Source of the DNA: a virus
Lineage: Duplodnaviria; Heunggongvirae; Uroviricota; Caudoviricetes
Length of the DNA stretch: 64,000 nucleotides
IMG/VR virus record: IMGVR_UViG_3300032007_000002
Direction: 5' to 3' (one strand)
Shown piece after piece: positions 1-8,929 of this stretch (within the stretch, counting starts at the first letter, position 1; every line of letters starts with the position of its first letter). Made by a program: the position numbers and the translations under genes. The notes below the pieces were generated by a model. It did no database searches. It was not told the origin of the DNA and saw nothing but the letters and a program-made list of their open reading frames with translations.

Positions 1-597
1 CAGGTCTGCGACCGCTTCAGGCTCGACCCCAAGTGCAGGGAAGAACTCGTCGCGGGCCTCGAAAAGTACGACAGGGCCATGTGCGAGGCCGAGGGAAGGC
101 TCCTCCCCCGCGAGTGGCTCATCAGGAACATCAGGAACGGCGAACACCTCACCGAGAACGGCAACTGGGGCGTCAACGTCCCCGCAAAGCGCTTCCCGTC
201 CCACGACAGCGCATACGGCGCATACCGCGAACTCTTCGGGGAAGGCGGGGAAGGATGGGACAAGGGCTACCGCATCGAGGAGGCCCCGGAATACCGCTAC
301 GAGAGCGACTCCCACATAGGCGAACTCGTCAAGAAGGCCAGGGAGCTCGGCGGACGGATGGACGAGGGCAACTGGGCGGAAATCGACAGGGACGACGCGG
401 AATGGATCGCCCACGACCTCGCGGAAAACTGCGCCGACATGGAAAGGCGCCTGACGACCGGGACCAGGGACACCGGCTTCGACGACGCGGTCGGTGCGCT
501 CGAGCGTTCCATCGCGAAGGCGGAGAAGATCCTCTCCCGCAGGGATGCCCGGGAGAAGAACCCATACGCCCGATATGAAATCGTAGGGAAGCGGTAA
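1..597 (+). CDS. hypothetical protein, 5'-truncated at window edge (frame open from nt 1)
   Basis: High-GC ORF in frame 1 with no stop from position 1; ORF track 79..597. Confidence 0.5.
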   Translation, partial: QVCDRFRLDPKCREELVAGLEKYDRAMCEAEGRLLPREWLIRNIRNGEHLTENGNWGVNVPAKRFPSHDSAYGAYRELFGEGGEGWDKGYRIEEAPEYRYESDSHIGELVKKARELGGRMDEGNWAEIDRDDAEWIAHDLAENCADMERRLTTGTRDTGFDDAVGALERSIAKAEKILSRRDAREKNPYARYEIVGKR

Positions 598-694
598 GCA
601 AGGCCGCATTGACTACCCTTGACGCATAATTTTTATTTTTTATATTTTTATCCAGACCGCCTAGTTTGGGCGGCCGTAACAAAGGATAAAAATA

Positions 695-1078
695 ATGAAT
701 TCACCAACATTCGACATTGTTATGCTTATCGTCAACATCGTGATTGCGATATCAACGGCCGCAACCGCAGCATTAGTTATCATTAAAATGATAGCCGACC
801 GTCGTGAAAAACTTGACAAATATGAACGTGCTGTTACCGAAGGGTATGTATATGATAGCGGTGTTAAGACATTTGCGGGCATGTGTCATCACTTCATATT
901 ATTTTCCATTACGAGACACACTGATGGGAAAAGTTACGAATATGGGTTCCATAAAGTAGTCCGCGATTACAATATTAGTAACCCCAAAGAATTTCTTAAA
1001 TTTGTGGTCAACCATCAAGCGGAAACTGACGATCCATTCACATTTGACCAAGCGAAGCATCTGTTGAAGCTGAAATAA
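695..1078 (+). CDS. hypothetical protein with N-terminal transmembrane helix
   Basis: ORF track; hydrophobic N-terminus (IVMLIVNIVIAISTAATAALVII); first gene of the AT-rich island. Confidence 0.5.
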   Translation: MNSPTFDIVMLIVNIVIAISTAATAALVIIKMIADRREKLDKYERAVTEGYVYDSGVKTFAGMCHHFILFSITRHTDGKSYEYGFHKVVRDYNISNPKEFLKFVVNHQAETDDPFTFDQAKHLLKLK

Positions 1079-1096
1079 CAAACAGATATCGACTGT

Positions 1097-1127
1097 TTCG
1101 AAGACGACCAATGTTGGCCGTCTTTTT
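1097..1127 (+). terminator. putative rho-independent terminator
   Basis: Hairpin aagacgacc...ggccgtctt followed by ttttgcg just after the stop at 1078. Confidence 0.4.
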
Positions 1128-1236
1128 TGCGTAAGGATGTACCCATCCAAAGTGCTACGGGACCGATCTAGCGACCTAAAGTATCCTCCGATCCGTATGA
1201 AACTATAAACTATTGAATGTTCGCTAACAATCTGTA

Positions 1237-1839
1237 ATGAGGTGTCCTTTGGCAGAGCCTTTAATGCGATGGGATTTAATCAACGCCTATATCAAGAAAT
1301 ATGGGTTCAAATCGTTCCTTGAAATCGGTCACGACCAGGGCATTGCGTTTAACCGAGTTGAAATTGACCTGAAAGAGTCGGTGGACCCGGATGAGGCAAC
1401 TCACCCGACTTATGTGATGTCCAGCGATGATTTCTTTGAAAAGTATTCTACCAAATACGACATCATTTTTATTGACGGCTTGCACGAACATGCACAAGTT
1501 GACCGCGACATAAAAAATGCGTTGGTACATTTGAATAAGGGTGGCGTTATAGTTATGCACGACTGTCATCCAATTTCGGAGGAATGCCAACGGCATACTT
1601 TCGTATATCCCGGAGGTGAATGGACCGGTGATTGCTGGAAAGCCTATGTTAAAAACCGTGCTTCACTCCCGTATGATATGTATGTATGGGACCATGACTG
1701 GGGGTGCGGTGTCATAAATACTAATATGCAACGCAGTTCCGAATTACCACAATTACCAACAATTATGGCAGACATGGAATATGCGGATTTCGTTGCACAT
1801 CCAGAATGGATGAACTTTGTTACCGAATTGCCAATGTAA
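1237..1839 (+). CDS. class I SAM-dependent methyltransferase (TylF/MycF-like O-methyltransferase fold)
   Basis: Motifs FLEIGHDQG (glycine-rich SAM loop) and IIFIDGLHEH (IDGDH-like); ~200 aa. Confidence 0.55.
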   Translation: MRCPLAEPLMRWDLINAYIKKYGFKSFLEIGHDQGIAFNRVEIDLKESVDPDEATHPTYVMSSDDFFEKYSTKYDIIFIDGLHEHAQVDRDIKNALVHLNKGGVIVMHDCHPISEECQRHTFVYPGGEWTGDCWKAYVKNRASLPYDMYVWDHDWGCGVINTNMQRSSELPQLPTIMADMEYADFVAHPEWMNFVTELPM

Positions 1840-1909
1840 TATAAACCCTGATGCCACATTTGGGGTCTTTTGTTGCGTTCTGAATGACTAGATCTATAAA
1901 CTGATAATT

Positions 1910-2659
1910 ATGAGCGTAGTTATAAGTTTGACAAGCCACACCAAGGAACGGCTGAAAGATGTCGGCCAATATTTGTTTGCGAGCGTGTTCCGGTATAAGT
2001 TGAAGGGTGTTCATGTAGTTTTGACCCTTTACAAGGACGATGTGCCGAACATGCCGGAAGACCTTAAAACGATGGTCAAGATGGGGTTGGTGGAGCTTAT
2101 CGTAGCCAATCAGAATTTGCGATGCCACTTAAAATACTTCTACGCGATGAAGAAATATCGTGATGTTCCAATCATCACGATTGATGATGATTCGGTCTAT
2201 CCTCCGCAAATGGTTCCCGATTTACTTGCTGCTATGGAGAAATACCCTGGTTGTATCATCGGGCGAAGCGGGTGCCTACTGGATGTAAACAAGACCTACA
2301 TCCAGAACTTTTGCATCAACTCCGGGGTTGACAATATCAGCAAATGGAATGGTCACGCGGACGAACCCCGTATGGATTTGAATGTGGAAGGATATGGTGG
2401 CATCTTGTACCCGCCGGACATCTTGAAGGTTTCAGACGATTACATACCGGAAATTCTTGAAACCCCGCGTGCAGATGACATCTACCTGATGGTCATTGAG
2501 AACCGGTTGAAGATAAAGAGGGTTGTGCCTTATTACCCATATCCTAAACTACTCGTATGCACGAAAGGCTTTGATGCAATCTCAACCAAGCGGGACAATG
2601 TTCAAATGATTGATTCGGTTGTTCAACAATTTAAAGGAGATTTAGTCAGCAATCCATAA
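1910..2659 (+). CDS. putative glycosyltransferase (paralog of 3399..4043)
   Basis: Shares ISLTS..R, PIITIDDD (DxD-like) and DL.TM..GL.E with 3399..4043. Confidence 0.45.
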   Translation: MSVVISLTSHTKERLKDVGQYLFASVFRYKLKGVHVVLTLYKDDVPNMPEDLKTMVKMGLVELIVANQNLRCHLKYFYAMKKYRDVPIITIDDDSVYPPQMVPDLLAAMEKYPGCIIGRSGCLLDVNKTYIQNFCINSGVDNISKWNGHADEPRMDLNVEGYGGILYPPDILKVSDDYIPEILETPRADDIYLMVIENRLKIKRVVPYYPYPKLLVCTKGFDAISTKRDNVQMIDSVVQQFKGDLVSNP

Positions 2660-2670
2660 GCGAGTGTCAG

Positions 2671-3357
2671 ATGAATTTAAATGATTTAACTTTATTAACG
2701 GTATCATTTAACAACAATTTGCTAACCGGAATGATGATTAAATCGTTCTTTAAGCAAGTGGGTTTAGTTAAGGTCGTCATTGTAGATAACGGCACCAGCA
2801 TTGCCATTGGTGACTCTTTTAAACGGGTTTTCACTGTTGTAGATAATATGCACCAGAAAATTACTGGCGATTATCGGCAATGTTCAAAAAATCATTGTTC
2901 AACCATTGATTATGCACTGAAACATTTAATAATGACCGACTGGGTTTTGCTAGTCGACAATGACATATTGTTTAAGCCACAAACAAAGGAATACTTAAAA
3001 CTGTTTGATTGTGCAAAATATGATTGCGCCGGGGAAATTGGTTGGGATGACGCTCCGCCGGCCAGGTTATTCCCGTATTTTTGCTTAATCAATGTTCGTA
3101 AATTTAATGACGCCAAGTTGTCGTATTTCGATGATAATAGATGTATTGGTCCCGGAAGCAAAGAGGATGGTCCAAGAGGGGTAAATACTTCTTGCTGGTA
3201 TAAAGATACAGGATGCTCATTTTATGAAGATATTAAAGATAGCTGGGCAATAAACGAAATCAAATTGACTTCATACATTGCACACATGAAATGCACCGGC
3301 GAAGGAAATAGAGATATAGCAGGGTTTTTAAAACAAAATCAAATGCTATGGAAATGA
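2671..3357 (+). CDS. family 2 (GT-A) glycosyltransferase
   Basis: LTLLTVSFNN, VVIVDNGT, LLVDNDILF motifs typical of GT2. Confidence 0.65.
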   Translation: MNLNDLTLLTVSFNNNLLTGMMIKSFFKQVGLVKVVIVDNGTSIAIGDSFKRVFTVVDNMHQKITGDYRQCSKNHCSTIDYALKHLIMTDWVLLVDNDILFKPQTKEYLKLFDCAKYDCAGEIGWDDAPPARLFPYFCLINVRKFNDAKLSYFDDNRCIGPGSKEDGPRGVNTSCWYKDTGCSFYEDIKDSWAINEIKLTSYIAHMKCTGEGNRDIAGFLKQNQMLWK

Positions 3358-3398
3358 GTATATACTCTGTGACGGTAATTTAGATTCAAAGGAGTGTC

Positions 3399-4043
3399 AT
3401 GTCTAACACCAATGCCATCATATCCCTCACATCATGGAAAGCTCGCATTACAACAGTAGGGCTTACCCTATTCAGCCTATTAAAATGCTGTCCAGGATTT
3501 CGTATTGTATTATGCTTATCAACTGAGGAGTTTCCCGGGAAAGAAGCCGAATTACCTAACGATTTGCGGACAATGCTCAGTGCCGGCCTGTTTGAAATTT
3601 TATGGACTGGCAAAAACATTAAATCATTTAAAAAATGGATATTTACTGCACAGCGTTATCCAACTATTCCCATCATCAGCGCCGATGATGATTGTATTTA
3701 CCAACGCAACTACGCGAATGAATTGTATCAGGCTTGGATAAAAAACCCCTTATGTTGCTATACTATACATAAATGCCCGGTATCGGGATTTCAGCATGGA
3801 CCAGCTACATTATATCCACCTGGCGTCGCATCCAACTTTATGATTGAGCATTTAACCGCAAATGTCTTAAGCACTGCACACGATGATGTGTTTTATGGTA
3901 TGTGTTTAAATAAACTAAACATACCAATAATTGAAATCAGTAAAACTGTGCCGTATGTATTTCATGACACCACCGATGCGTTGAGCGATGGGATAACCAT
4001 GAATTTATTTAAATCCATGGAAATCATTTCGCGTGAAATATAG
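3399..4043 (+). CDS. putative glycosyltransferase (paralog of 1910..2659)
   Basis: IISLTSWKAR, PIISADDD, DLRTMLSAGLFE align with 1910..2659. Confidence 0.45.
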   Translation: MSNTNAIISLTSWKARITTVGLTLFSLLKCCPGFRIVLCLSTEEFPGKEAELPNDLRTMLSAGLFEILWTGKNIKSFKKWIFTAQRYPTIPIISADDDCIYQRNYANELYQAWIKNPLCCYTIHKCPVSGFQHGPATLYPPGVASNFMIEHLTANVLSTAHDDVFYGMCLNKLNIPIIEISKTVPYVFHDTTDALSDGITMNLFKSMEIISREI

Positions 4044-4383
4044 CGCCACCTACCGACCCGCACACTTCCACCCACGCCGCGGGAATGGCCTTCCTGTACC
4101 TAACGCACCGTTTCCGCCTGCCCATGACGACGTCCGGCTCCAGTGCATCCCGGTCCAGCAGGTCCCGTCTGACGCGCAGCAGGACTTCCCCTACATAGAT
4201 CCGCGGAGTAGGCGCCAGGAATACGCAGGGATAGATTTCCCTGGCCTCCCTCGGCCGGCGCAGGTTGAACTCCTCGTAGTGGTCCCGGTAGCACTTTCCG
4301 ATGCCCGGGACCAGGCCGTCCCGCAGGATCCCCGGCAGGTTCTCCTTACATGTCCCGTGGTAGTAGTATCTATTTCGCGACAT
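4024..4383 (-). CDS. minimal ADP-ribosyltransferase-fold protein resembling the Tpt1/KptA C-lobe (YHGT motif)
   Basis: MSRNRYYYHGTCKENLPGILRDGLVPG matches the Tpt1/KptA LYHGT...I...GL motif (H-Y-E ADP-ribosyltransferase superfamily); ORF track 4024..4491 trimmed to internal ATG at 4383. Confidence 0.4.
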   Translation of the reverse strand: MSRNRYYYHGTCKENLPGILRDGLVPGIGKCYRDHYEEFNLRRPREAREIYPCVFLAPTPRIYVGEVLLRVRRDLLDRDALEPDVVMGRRKRCVRYRKAIPAAWVEVCGSVGGAIFHAK

Positions 4384-4594
4384 CTTCGGTGGTCCTGCGT
4401 GCCCTCTCCTCGAACTCCACGTTAGGGTCGAACGCGGGATAGTTGCCGATTTCCGCGTCGGGGACTTTCTGCCTGAACGTGAGCCGGGCATACTGCCGGC
4501 AGGCCGGACAGTAGTCGTTTACCCACGACATGAGGCTGTCGTAGGCTATCAGCTTCTTGCACTTTCCGCACCTGTATAGACGGTTCCACAGCAT
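4370..4594 (-). CDS. small zinc-ribbon protein
   Basis: CGKC...CPAC pairs; overlaps the downstream gene start by 14 nt (operon). Confidence 0.45.
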   Translation of the reverse strand: MLWNRLYRCGKCKKLIAYDSLMSWVNDYCPACRQYARLTFRQKVPDAEIGNYPAFDPNVEFEERARRTTEDVAK

Positions 4595-4607
4595 GGGCGC
4601 CTCCTGT

Positions 4608-5018
4608 TCAGTCCACCGGGTCGAGGTCGCTGGCCCAGCACCCGAGGGCGTCGATGATTTTCCGCCCCTTGAAGCAGACCTTGACCTCGTACATCTCGTT
4701 TCCGGGGATATACCACTTGATTTCGTCCCCGTCCATCCGGTTCACCAGCATAGTCGAGCCGATACCCTTGGTAGCCAGTGCCTTTTTGAGCAGCAGAAGC
4801 GCGTTGCGGAGGGCGTTCTGGACGGCGATATATTTTCCATTCATTATCGGGCCGAGCGCGCCTGAACGAATGCTGCCGAGCGTGCCGTCGTTGTCCCTGG
4901 GGCCGACAGCCTTGACTAGATCGTCGTCGGCCTTCTTGTAGACCGCGTATTCCTCCGGGCAGGCCTTGGCGAGGACGCTTTCCGGGACTGAGTAGTATTT
5001 GGGGATTTCCTGTGGCAT
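4608..5018 (-). CDS. hypothetical protein
   Basis: ORF track; coding-like composition. Confidence 0.5.
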   Translation of the reverse strand: MPQEIPKYYSVPESVLAKACPEEYAVYKKADDDLVKAVGPRDNDGTLGSIRSGALGPIMNGKYIAVQNALRNALLLLKKALATKGIGSTMLVNRMDGDEIKWYIPGNEMYEVKVCFKGRKIIDALGCWASDLDPVD

Positions 5019-5140
5019 GTCAAGTCCTTTACATGTTTGCTTCGATTATGCCGAGAACGCTGCAGATGAATACTGCGGCAACGAACCATACGATAACCCG
5101 TCCGAGCATGTCCAGCCCGGAAAAATACTTATCAAGCCAA

Positions 5141-5819
5141 TCAGTCTTTCTCACGTGGCGGCTCCCACTTGCAGATGTAGTAGTTGTATGCAGCGTCCAG
5201 GTTCTCGACGAGCAGGTGCCTGGGGTTCGGTACGGCGATGTCGTAGAACTTGCCCTTCTCCGCGTCGTAGCAGGAAACCGACACGCCGTCCACGCCGAAC
5301 GAGCTGTCCATCAGCGGCAGCCCGTCCTTGACATAGTGTTCGAGGAGCTTGCCGAGCGGGTACACGCTGAGCCACCCGCCGGTGAAGTATGACAGGCGCT
5401 TGTAGTTGACGAGGATTGCGAGCCGGATCAGGTCGGTCGGGGACAGCTTCCCCTGCTTCCTGCCGGACACGGTGGCAATTCTTTGCCCGTCGCGGCAGAG
5501 GGTGAACGAGACGGTGTAGAACGACGGTGTGTGGACTTCCCGTTTGAGCGCTTCCACGACGCTGTCGTCAATCGGGGACGGGACGAACTTCCCGTCGTCC
5601 GCCTTCTGTAAGAGAATTACGCCGTCGACGAATGCCGTTTCCAGGCTAAACGCCTTGATGTCGGTACCGTCCGACACAATCAGGACGGGATGGCCATACG
5701 GGTCGGGCACCATGTCATGGACTGTCCCGGTGAATGTGGAATAGTCGATGCCGACACGGTACTTGACCGTGACCGTGTCGCCCACGCCTATTTTCGGAAG
5801 ATCTTTTGCCGTGTTCATT
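5141..5819 (-). CDS. hypothetical protein, tandem paralog of 5829..6566
   Basis: Start set at MNTAKDL (ATG 5819); upstream part of ORF 5141..6517 is a low-complexity out-of-gene extension; shares SFYTV.F...RD..RI.TVSG.R.G..SP.DLI.LAIL..YK.LS with its neighbour. Confidence 0.55.
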
Positions 5820-5828
5820 TCATTCCTT

Positions 5829-6566
5829 TCAGTCGAGACTGCGGAAGTAGTATTTGTAGGCCGCGTCGAGGTCCTTGATGCCGAGCTGTTCAAGCGACGG
5901 GACGGGGATTTCGTAGAACTCGCCTGTCCTGGCGTCGTAGCCGGAAATCGAGATGCCGTCAACGGTGAATCGTGCGTACTTGTCGTAGAAGTCCCCGTCG
6001 AGGTAGAAACAGAGGATGCTGTCGAGCCTGCCCAGCCATTCGCCGTCGTAGCAGGAAAGCTCCTTGTAGTGTTCCAGGATGGCGAGCTTGATGAGCTCGT
6101 CCGGGGACGGCTGCCCCGGTCGCTTGCCGGACACTGTAATGCGGTCGGCATCGCGCTGGTCAACGCTGAAAGTGACCGTATAGAAGGACTGCGGCGGGGC
6201 CTTCTTCTTGAGCATGTCCACGAACTCGGTGGAGAGCTTGTAGACGGAGCCTGCCGGTTCAGTTTCCTTGAATTTCCGCGCCTTGGCCTTCTTCGGGCTT
6301 TCGTAGCACGGGACAGGTTCTTCGATGACGCCGAACGCGGCATACTTGCCGAGGTCATAGACCCGGTATTTCGGTCCGCCGAGGGCGACGCGGCAGAACG
6401 TGGAGCCGTTGGCGTCCCACGAGGCGTCCGCCGTGCCGACGAACACCGGTTCGCCTTTCGGGGTCGGATCAAACAGCTTGAACGAGCTCCGTTCAAACAG
6501 TGCGATGCGGTCGCCATGTTTCGGCCGGTAATTTCTTTCTGTAAGTTTCAGTTTTTGTTTCTTCAT
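5829..6566 (-). CDS. hypothetical protein, tandem paralog of 5141..5819
   Basis: ORF track; C-terminal 150 aa align with the downstream gene. Confidence 0.55.
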   Translation of the reverse strand: MKKQKLKLTERNYRPKHGDRIALFERSSFKLFDPTPKGEPVFVGTADASWDANGSTFCRVALGGPKYRVYDLGKYAAFGVIEEPVPCYESPKKAKARKFKETEPAGSVYKLSTEFVDMLKKKAPPQSFYTVTFSVDQRDADRITVSGKRPGQPSPDELIKLAILEHYKELSCYDGEWLGRLDSILCFYLDGDFYDKYARFTVDGISISGYDARTGEFYEIPVPSLEQLGIKDLDAAYKYYFRSLD

Positions 6567-6571
6567 GGTTT

Positions 6572-6940
6572 CTACAGCTTTTGTGTCGGGAATTTCCCGG
6601 GGAACAGTCTATACTTGATATAACCCGCCAAGAACGGCTCGTTGTCTATACGTTCAAAAATCTCGGCAACGTGGTATACGTCGCACTCCTCAATTTTGCG
6701 CGACAGGCCTTCGAGGTGCGGTTTATCGCCGGAAACCTTAAAATCGGGAAGTCCGAACACCCTGATATATACGTTATTTCCGGGAATCGGAATTTCCGTA
6801 ACGCTATCGCTGTCGCTGTCGGACCATACGCTGATATAAGAATTTCCCGTAGCGCAATGGCACCTGACACGGTTGCATTTTTTCAAGTCGATGACCACAA
6901 TATCCGTGGCCTGCTGCGTATACAGTTTCACCGTAATCAT
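6572..6940 (-). CDS. hypothetical protein
   Basis: ORF track. Confidence 0.45.
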   Translation of the reverse strand: MITVKLYTQQATDIVVIDLKKCNRVRCHCATGNSYISVWSDSDSDSVTEIPIPGNNVYIRVFGLPDFKVSGDKPHLEGLSRKIEECDVYHVAEIFERIDNEPFLAGYIKYRLFPGKFPTQKL

Positions 6941-6957
6941 AGTTTCTCCATTTAGGG

Positions 6958-7197
6958 TTAGTTCATCCCTTCTGGCGCCCCGTTCAACCCAAGGGCCTGT
7001 TTCAGCCTGAGAATTTCGGCGTCTTTACTAGCAATAAGAGAGTCTACATCTTCTTTGCTGTAAAACTTCTCATCTTCGCTTACGCTGCTATACTCGATTC
7101 CGACGATAGCCACGGTTTCGCTCGAATCATCAATCTGCCCGATTTCAAACGAGTATTCACGCAAACCGTACTTGTTCGTCGTTTTAGACTTTTTCAT
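6958..7197 (-). CDS. hypothetical protein
   Basis: ORF track. Confidence 0.4.
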   Translation of the reverse strand: MKKSKTTNKYGLREYSFEIGQIDDSSETVAIVGIEYSSVSEDEKFYSKEDVDSLIASKDAEILRLKQALGLNGAPEGMN

Positions 7198-7236
7198 TGG
7201 CCTAATCCCTCTTAGAGCCCCCTTCGGACGCCCCGG

Positions 7237-7707
7237 TCAACCGTCGATGCCGTAGGTTTTCTTGAGGCCATCCAGCTGGGCTGCGGTTTGCTTGTATACC
7301 TTTACCATGTCGAGGGCGTAGAGGATATGGTTGGCAATTCCCTTCAGTGTGTGTATCGGGCCCCAGGAGGTGGCTTCGCCGCTGAAATAGTCGAGGATTC
7401 CCCATGACGGGGTTTTCTCCGTTTCCCCGTCTTCATCGCGGTGGTTGGCGAATTGCATGGCGAGCACGATCCCGTCGAAGTCGTCTCGGGCTTCGTTGTA
7501 CGACATGCTGAAATCGATTCGCATGTCTTCGAAATCGGTCGATACATAACCTTCGACGGTAATCGGGTTTGCTACGTTCAGTCGCACGGACTTGTTTTCT
7601 ACGGTAAATCGGGACTTGTCACATACCAGCGGGGCAAGGAGGTCGATTACGTCACCTTTATTGTTATCAGCATCGAGGATAGCCTGTTTTGTTGTATAAT
7701 TGCTCAT
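7237..7707 (-). CDS. hypothetical protein
   Basis: ORF track; promoter-like motif at 7755-7769 upstream. Confidence 0.55.
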   Translation of the reverse strand: MSNYTTKQAILDADNNKGDVIDLLAPLVCDKSRFTVENKSVRLNVANPITVEGYVSTDFEDMRIDFSMSYNEARDDFDGIVLAMQFANHRDEDGETEKTPSWGILDYFSGEATSWGPIHTLKGIANHILYALDMVKVYKQTAAQLDGLKKTYGIDG

Positions 7708-7754
7708 TTGAGTGTCCTTTTGTTATATATTTGTTCTATGTATTGTTCTTTTGA

Positions 7755-7769
7755 TGAAATATAGCAAAA
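7755..7769 (-). promoter_or_regulatory. conserved phage promoter-like motif (gene-oriented TTTTGCTATATTTCA)
   Basis: tgaaatatagcaaaa on the + strand, ~45 nt upstream of the minus-strand start at 7707. Confidence 0.55.
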
Positions 7770-7777
7770 ACCCGCTA

Positions 7778-8173
7778 CTACACGAGCGCCTGCAACGCCT
7801 TCGCAACGCACCATGTGAACAGCAGCATCATGGTGAAGTCATAGACGGCCAGGACCATTGCGATGCGGGTCCCCTTCGCGTAAGCGATTACGGAGGCAAG
7901 GGTTTCCACGGCGCTCGCGAGGACCATCATGGCCGCGACTACGATGCTGGCGGGTTCCCCGATGAACAGCCCGGAGACAGCCAGGAGGGCGATTGCGGTA
8001 CGTATGCCAAGCGCGATACCGAACGCCAGGTCGAAGTTCTCGGGAGAAACGCGTGCCGGGTCTTCCGGCTCCTTCTCCTCGTTTGCCCGTTTCATGCTGC
8101 GGTAACTGGCGATATCCCTGACGATCCTGGCAGCTTCGTAAACGATTGTGATGATGAACAGGTAGATAAGCAT
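7778..8173 (-). CDS. multi-pass membrane protein
   Basis: Several hydrophobic segments; motif copy at 8189-8203 upstream. Confidence 0.5.
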   Translation of the reverse strand: MLIYLFIITIVYEAARIVRDIASYRSMKRANEEKEPEDPARVSPENFDLAFGIALGIRTAIALLAVSGLFIGEPASIVVAAMMVLASAVETLASVIAYAKGTRIAMVLAVYDFTMMLLFTWCVAKALQALV

Positions 8174-8206
8174 TGTCGCTCCTTTTGTTGAAATATAGCA
8201 AACCGG

Positions 8207-8512
8207 CTAACGGATCCTCACCGGGCCCGTCGGGCGCAGTTCATAGCGGCGCCCGAGCTTCCACGTATGGCAGAATACGTCCCGCCCTTGGATATACTTC
8301 TCGTACTGGTCGCGATGGCACACGGGGCACACTGTCCCTTCCGAGTAGTCCTTCACGCGTCCGTCGCAGTCCTCCGCGGCGCACTTGTATAGCCGCAGCC
8401 CCCGCACGACAAGCAGGCCCTGGTCGAGTGCGCAATCCGGGCATATAGTCCCGATCTTGTAGTCGGGAACCTCTCCCGGGCAAATGCCGCCAAAATTGAC
8501 ACATCTGGGCAT
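8207..8512 (-). CDS. cysteine-rich zinc-finger protein
   Basis: CPGE..CPDC..CAAEDC..CPVCH. Confidence 0.45.
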   Translation of the reverse strand: MPRCVNFGGICPGEVPDYKIGTICPDCALDQGLLVVRGLRLYKCAAEDCDGRVKDYSEGTVCPVCHRDQYEKYIQGRDVFCHTWKLGRRYELRPTGPVRIR

Positions 8513-8530
8513 ATAGGCGCTCCTTTCCGG

Positions 8531-8929
8531 CTACTGCACGAGCGCCTGCAGGTCGTTCAACTGGATATACACATGCTTGTCTCGCTGGATCTCGTCGAGG
8601 GTCGCGTATGCGTCCTTGACGTAGAACTCCAGCATGCGGAAGCGCCGGTCGTAAATCATGCCGGTAATGGTGTCCACGCAGGCGAATGCCGGGTCGAACG
8701 GCTGTCCCTCGACCTTCTTCGAGATTTCCTTCCTCGCGCGGACGGCGTAGGCCATCTGGTGTGCCGCCTGGCGCATCTTGGTCAGGGTCTCCTTGTCCAG
8801 TCGGTCGGCGAACGCGTGCGACCACTTGAACGCGATGTCGCTCGTCTCGGCATAGATGGGGTTCACCTCGATGCCGGTCTTTTTGAGAAACTCGGCGACA
8901 GTCTTACGCATTTCAGTCTGGTTAGTCAT
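8531..8929 (-). CDS. hypothetical protein
   Basis: ORF track. Confidence 0.5.
   Translation of the reverse strand: MTNQTEMRKTVAEFLKKTGIEVNPIYAETSDIAFKWSHAFADRLDKETLTKMRQAAHQMAYAVRARKEISKKVEGQPFDPAFACVDTITGMIYDRRFRMLEFYVKDAYATLDEIQRDKHVYIQLNDLQALVQ

Noticed and set aside
5141-6517. 458-aa minus-strand ORF
   Set aside because: Only the C-terminal 226 aa (from MNTAKDL, ATG 5819) looks genuine; the N-terminal 230 aa is Ser/Arg/Thr/Pro low-complexity from reading the paralog 5829-6566 out of frame.
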